DNA of 64,000 bases from NCBI GenBank assembly GCA_963812285.1, contig CAWEUR010000034.1, forward strand, positions 1,139 to 65,138, given 5' to 3'. Every line of letters starts with the position of its first letter. Positions within the stretch are counted from its first letter, which is position 1. The notes beneath the pieces are model-generated. The model saw only the letters and a list, made by a program, of their open reading frames with translations. It searched no databases and was not told where the DNA came from. The DNA is from an uncultured Alphaproteobacteria bacterium (GTDB lineage: Bacteria; Pseudomonadota; Alphaproteobacteria; Rhizobiales; Kaistiaceae). This document shows positions 59,440 through 64,000 of the stretch, in pieces. Made by a program: the position numbers and the translations under genes.

Positions 59440-60447
59440 TTATCGATTGTTCGCAAGCGTGGTCTCGACCTTCTTGAGGAGCGTGGCATTGTGCGGATCG
59501 TGCGCCAGCCAGTCCTTGGTGACGCTGTCGAACACCGACTGGGCGCGCGCAAGATCGTCGGCCGAGGGCTCGACCACCAGCCGCCTCGGGTCGGCCTTGA
59601 GCGCCGCGATGACTTTCGTGCCCGTGGCGGCCTGAGAGGCGATGAACTGCTCGGAGAGCCACTGGCCGCTATATTTCGTGATGATGTCCTGCAGCGGCTT
59701 CGGCAGCGCGTCGAACTTGTCGCAATTCATCACCAGTGCCAGCGGAACGGCCGAGAGGCCGAGCAGGTAGTGATGGGTCGCGATCCGTGAAATACCGAAC
59801 TCGGTGAGCGGATCGTTGGCCGGGAAGGTCGTGGCGTCGATGTCGCCCTTGCTCATGGCCGGGACGATCTGGTTGATCGGCAATTCGACCGGCGTCGCCC
59901 CGAGCTTCGTCAGCGTCTCGGCCTCGATCGCGTCGTTGACGCGAATCCGCTTGCCTTTCAGGTCGGCAAGCGTCTCGATCGGCACACGGCCATGGATCGT
60001 CTCCGGTTCGCCGGCGAAGGCACCGACCACGTAGAATTTCGTGAACCCGGCGAGGTCGCGCGCCGCGACCAGTGAACTCATTGCCTTGGTCGCGTCCGTG
60101 ACACCGCTGAACAGGCCGGGAAGTTCGATGACTGCCACGTCGGGGAAGATGTCCGGCGTATAGCCTGCCACCACGAAGGCGAGGTCGGCCTTGCCGTCCA
60201 GCACGAGTTGCGCCTGATCGGCCGGATTGCGGCCGAGCGCGCCACTGAACGCGACATTGATGACGAGCTTGCCCTCGGCCGCGGCGTTCACGGCGTCGAC
60301 GAAGGGCTTGATTGCGGCCAGGTAGTTGCTCGTCCGGTCGGAGGAGAAATAGGCGCATGTCAGCGTGATCGGATCCGCGCCGGCGAAGGTCGTCGTCGCG
60401 ACGAGGGCGATGGCGGCAAGGGTGACGCGAACAGGAACTCTGATCAT
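59440..60447 (-). CDS. TRAP transporter substrate-binding protein (DctP family), no DctQ/DctM partner in the window
   Basis: Signal peptide MIRVPVRVTLAAIALVATTTFAGA. DctP-like strings LADLKGKRIRV, LGATPVELPINQIVPAMSKGDIDA. 335 aa, intact. Confidence 0.82.
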   Translation of the reverse strand: MIRVPVRVTLAAIALVATTTFAGADPITLTCAYFSSDRTSNYLAAIKPFVDAVNAAAEGKLVINVAFSGALGRNPADQAQLVLDGKADLAFVVAGYTPDIFPDVAVIELPGLFSGVTDATKAMSSLVAARDLAGFTKFYVVGAFAGEPETIHGRVPIETLADLKGKRIRVNDAIEAETLTKLGATPVELPINQIVPAMSKGDIDATTFPANDPLTEFGISRIATHHYLLGLSAVPLALVMNCDKFDALPKPLQDIITKYSGQWLSEQFIASQAATGTKVIAALKADPRRLVVEPSADDLARAQSVFDSVTKDWLAHDPHNATLLKKVETTLANNR

Positions 60448-60570
60448 GCTTCGCTGGCGATCCGGACCACGGGCGGCAGACTTCTCTGCTCTGCCTTCCA
60501 GCGATGCTTGTCCTAATTCATTGCCCTGGCGTTGATTCGGCCCGGCGATCCGGCCAAAACCCCGAACGTC

Positions 60571-60608
60571 GCAAAGAAGCGGTTAACGCTGGCGCGGGCC
60601 GTTAACCG
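60571..60608 (-). terminator. Candidate intrinsic terminator after the FMN glutamate-synthase-family gene
   Basis: The minus strand reads CGGTTAAC-(13 nt)-GTTAACCG followed by CTTCTTTGC, 43 nt after stop 60651. Confidence 0.4.
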
Positions 60609-60650
60609 TGCGCATGTCGTGAAACACACTGGGTTCCGCCGTCCCGCGGC

Positions 60651-62338
60651 TCAGTTCGTGGTCAGCGCCGCCGCCTCGGTTCCCTGGCGCTCCTCGGCGA
60701 TGTCGTAGCGCGCCTTGAAGCTGTCCGGGTCGGCCGCCTTCCAGTAGTCGGCATAGGGCGTCTCGTCGGGATGCTCGAGCAGCGCGTTCTCGCCGATATA
60801 GGAGTAGATCTCGTCGAATGGCCGCGCCTCGGTCGGCGACTTGCGGTGGAAGAGGTGCTGCGGGCGCAGGTCGCGCGGATGCTCCAGCCCCGCCGCCTGC
60901 ACGATGTCGGCCAGCGCCTTCATCGTCTGGCGGTGGAAGCGCGCCGCGCGCTCGCCCTTCTCGTCGACGACGAGGCCGCGCTGGCGCCCCGGGTCCTGCG
61001 TGGTCACGCCGGTCGGGCAGGTGCCGAGATGGCAGCGCTGCGCCTGGATGCAGCCGACCGAGAACATGAAGGCGCGGGCGGCGTTGCACCAGTCGGCGCC
61101 GATGCGCGAAGTTCTCCGCGAGGCTCGCCGCCGAATAGACCTTGCCGCTCGCCCCGAGCCGGATGCGGTCGCGCAGGCCCGTGCCGACCAGCGCGTTGTG
61201 CACCGTCACCAGCCCCTCGACGAGCGGCATGCCGACATGGTTGGAGAGCTCCAGCGGCGCCGCGCCGGTGCCGCCCTCGGCGCCGTCGACGACGATGAAG
61301 TCGATCAGCGATGCCGGTCTCCAGCATCGCCTTCATGATCGCCATCACCTCGTGCGATCTGGCCGACGCAGAGCTTGATGCCGACCGGCTTGCCGCCCGA
61401 CATCTCGCGCATCTCGGCGGCGAACTCGATCATCTCGCGCGGGGTCGAGAAGGCCGAATGCCCGGCCGGCGACAGGCAGTCCTTGCCTTGCCGGCACCTT
61501 GCGCACCCGGGCGATCTCGGCCGTCACCTTGGCGCCCGGCAGCAGCCCGCCATGGCCGGGCTTGGCGCCCTGGCTGAGCTTGATCTCGGTCATCTTGACC
61601 TGCTCGAGCCGCGCCGTCTCGGTGAAGAGCTCTCGGTCGAAATTGCCGTCCTCGTCGCGGCAGCCGAAATAGCCGCTGCCGATCTCCCAGACGATGTCGC
61701 CGCCATGTTTCTGGTGATAGGGGCTGAGGCCGCCTTCGCCGGTGTCGTGATAGAAACTGCCGAGCTTGGCGCCCCGGTTGAGCGCCTCGATCGCGCGCGC
61801 CGACAGCGCGCCGAAGCTCATCGCCGAGATGTTGAGGAGCGAAGCCGAATAGGGGTGCTCGCATTGCGGCCCGCCGATCGTCACCCGCGGGTCCTCGTCG
61901 CGCGTCTTCGGCCGGCGCGATCGAATGGGTCAGCCATTTGTACTCGGCCCCGTAGACGTCGCGTTCGGTGCCGAAGGGATGGGTGTCGGTGCGCGCCTCG
62001 GCGCGCGCATGGACCAGCCCGCGCGCCTCGACGCTGTAGGGTTTGCCCTCGAGGTCGCCTTCGACGATATAGGCCCTGAGATAGGGCCTGAGGTCATAGG
62101 CGATCCAGCGGATGCGCGCCGCCACGGGAAAATTCCGCGTCAGCGTCCAGTGCGTCTGTGTCGCATCGAAGATGCCGAGCAGGACGATCGGCACCGTCAC
62201 GATCAGTCCGATCAGCCAGCCGGCCGCGACCGCGGAAAGCGCGAGAAAGATCAGCGAAAGGACGAAGGCGGTGATCGGGATGATCGCCCGCTTCATGCCG
62301 TCGAGCGTGAGAAAGGAGGCGATTCCTGACGTCTTCAT
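60651..62338 (-). pseudogene. FMN-binding glutamate synthase family protein (GltB FMN-domain-like, N-terminal membrane anchor), at least four frameshifts
   Basis: Pieces lie in ORFs 61430-62338 (TM N-terminus, NFPVAARIRWIAYDLRPY), 61345-61884 (ISAMSFGALSARAIEALNRGA...KLSQGAKPGHGGLLPG), 61004-61348, 60583-61230 (GMPLVEGLVTVHNALVGTGLRDRIRLGASGKV) and 60651-61067 (CHLGTCPTGVTTQDP). Confidence 0.8.
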
Positions 62339-62492
62339 GGGTCCCTGCCTCTGGCGTGCCGGGTTGCTTCATGGGGCTGGCTGTCGCCATTATCCCGGAT
62401 CGGAGCGGCCGTGCCAAACCGGCCCGCGCGTGAGGGGGAACCGCCTCGAGCGCCCTCGCGTTCCTCGAACCTCACCAAACGGGATCGCCAGC

Positions 62493-64000
62493 ATGTCCAG
62501 CACCGTATCGGAAGTCATCGTCGACACGCTCGTCAAGGCGGGCGCCAAGCGCTGCTATGGCATCGTCGGCGACACCATCAACCACTTCACCGAGGCCCTC
62601 AGCCGCTCGCCCATCGACTGGGTGCATGTCCGCCACGAGGAGGTCGGCGCGCTCGCCGCCGGCGGCGAGGCCTACATGACCGGCGAACTGCGCTGTGCGC
62701 CGGCACGGCCGGGCCGGGCAGCCTGCATTTCATCAACGGCATCTTCGAGAGCCACCGCAACGGCGCCCCGGTGCGTCTTCGATCGCCTCGCAGATCGACC
62801 GCCGCGAGGTCGGCCTCGACTTCCCCCAGGAGGTCGACCAGCGCAGCCCTCTACGCGCAGTGCTCGGTCTTCTGCGAATATGTCTCCCATCCCGAGCAGG
62901 CGCGCCGCATCACCGCGCTCGCCGCCCAGGCGGCGCTGACGCAAGAAGGGCGTCGCCGTCATCGTCGTCAATGGCGACATGTTCAAGGAAGACCTGCGAC
63001 GGATGCGCTGGCAATGGTCGGTCAACCGCCCGCAGCCGGTCGTCCGCCCCTACGACGACGAACTCGACCGAGCTCGCCGCCATGATCGGCAAGGCCGGAC
63101 AGGATCACGCTCTATGGCGGCATCGGCTGCCGCAACGCCCATGACGCCGTCGTCGCCCTGTCGCCGGCAAGCTGAAGGCGCCGCTCGCCCATACCTCGCG
63201 CTCCAAGGAATTCCTCGAGCACGACAACCCCAACAACGTCGGCATGACCGGCATCCTCGGCGAGCGAGCCGGGCTGGAGGCGGTCGACGAATGCGACCTG
63301 CTCATCTGTCTCGGCACCGACTTCGCCTACACCCAGTTCTATCCGCACAAGGCCAAGATCGTTCAGGTCGACATCGAGGCCGAGCCATATCGGCCGCCGC
63401 GCGCCGGTCGATCTCGGTCTCGTCGGCGACGTCGGCGACACGCATCGACGCGCTGCTGCCGCTCGTCGGGGAGAAGACCGACGACACCTTCCTGAAGGAC
63501 GCTCGCCCGCGGCGCCCGCGACGAGAAGGAGAACGCCGCGCGCGAGGAGGACCCGACCGCGGACCTGATCCACCCGCAATTCGTCGCCCGCGCCCTCGAT
63601 CGCCTCGCCGCGCCGACGACGCCGTCTTCACCGCCGACGGCGGCTCGCCCATGGTCTGGCTGCTGCGGCACGTCACGGCCAACGGCGCCGCTGCTTCCTC
63701 ATCAGCCTCCTCCACGGCACGATGGCCAACGCCTATCCGCAGGCGATCGGCATCGCCAAGGCCTATCCCGGCCGCCAGGTGATCGCGCATGTGCGGCGAC
63801 GGCGGCATGACCATGCTGATGGGCGACCTGCTGACCCTGGTGCAGGAGAAGATCCCGGTGAAGCTTCTCGTCTTCAACAACGGCTCGCTCGGCTTCGTCG
63901 AGATGGAGCAGAAGGTCGAGGGCCTGCTCGACAATTACACCGATCTCGCACAACCCGGATTTCGCCCGCCTCGCCGAGGCCTGCGGCCTGTTCGGCCGAC
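62493..64000 (+). pseudogene. Thiamine-pyrophosphate-dependent enzyme (pyruvate oxidase / PoxB-like), many frameshifts, 3' end outside window
   Basis: MSSTVSEVIVDTLVKAGAKRCYGIVGDTINHFTEAL...VRHEEVGALAAGGEAYMTGEL, then GPGSLHFINGIFESHRNGAPV, LDFPQEVDQ, MTGILGERAGLEAVDECDLLICLGTDFAYTQFYP and GDGGMTMLMGDLLTL. These are scattered over all three + frames. Confidence 0.8.

Noticed and set aside
1-64000. Search by eye for CRISPR arrays, rRNA and tRNA genes, intact IS elements or transposases, integrases, and defence-island genes (helicase/nuclease/ATPase clusters, reverse transcriptases)
   Set aside because: None were found. The only repeats seen are short palindromes, a 15-nt in-frame tandem repeat and the RND-tail remnant. 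A computational scan (tRNAscan-SE, Infernal, ISEScan, DefenseFinder/PADLOC) would be decisive.

Overview
High-GC (roughly two-thirds G+C by eye) chromosomal segment whose gene content looks alphaproteobacterial and Rhizobiales-like (inference). It is mostly metabolic and envelope housekeeping, read here left to right.

- **1-7.8 kb:** the tail of a Dpp/Opp-type ABC ATPase, a GNAT plus proline-racemase-family pair, a Zn alcohol dehydrogenase, an APH-like kinase and acetoacetate decarboxylase.
- **8-16.3 kb:** a partial inositol catabolism cluster (two Gfo/Idh/MocA oxidoreductases, iolD, iolE), then a GntR regulator with an IlvD/Edd dehydratase.
- **16.3-25.1 kb:** LPS heptose genes (hldE, waaC, waaF) and a korAB 2-oxoglutarate:ferredoxin oxidoreductase operon led by a GltD-like flavoprotein/ferredoxin fusion.
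- **25.4-31.6 kb:** an intact RND efflux pair followed by an ECF sigma, a membrane protein and a CnrX-like periplasmic sensor.
- **32.5-43.7 kb:** a ribose-type sugar ABC operon, a second badly frame-disrupted RND pair, mbfA, and a second ECF sigma with an RskA-type anti-sigma and a fasciclin gene.
- **43.8-54.6 kb:** an aminotransferase, an asparaginase-II, an Stf0 sulfotransferase, a PepSY/cytochrome b pair, an MFS transporter plus methyltransferase, a Tat-exported beta-helix protein and two VapC-type toxin-antitoxin modules.
- **54.7-64 kb:** methylmalonyl-CoA mutase, a TRAP-type binding protein coupled to a GGDEF-EAL sensor, an FMN glutamate-synthase-family protein and a PoxB-like TPP enzyme.

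I saw no rRNA, tRNA, CRISPR array or intact mobile element.

The most striking property is technical or evolutionary. About 18 genes are readable only by switching frame, and the frame changes cluster in three patches while 12-15 kb blocks are clean.

I found no convincing new multi-gene system such as a defence island. The best leads are regulatory architectures: the binding protein plus c-di-GMP enzyme pair, the Cnr-like ECF module next to a non-metal RND pump, and the SigK/RskA/fasciclin module. All coordinates and motifs were read by eye; no searches were run.
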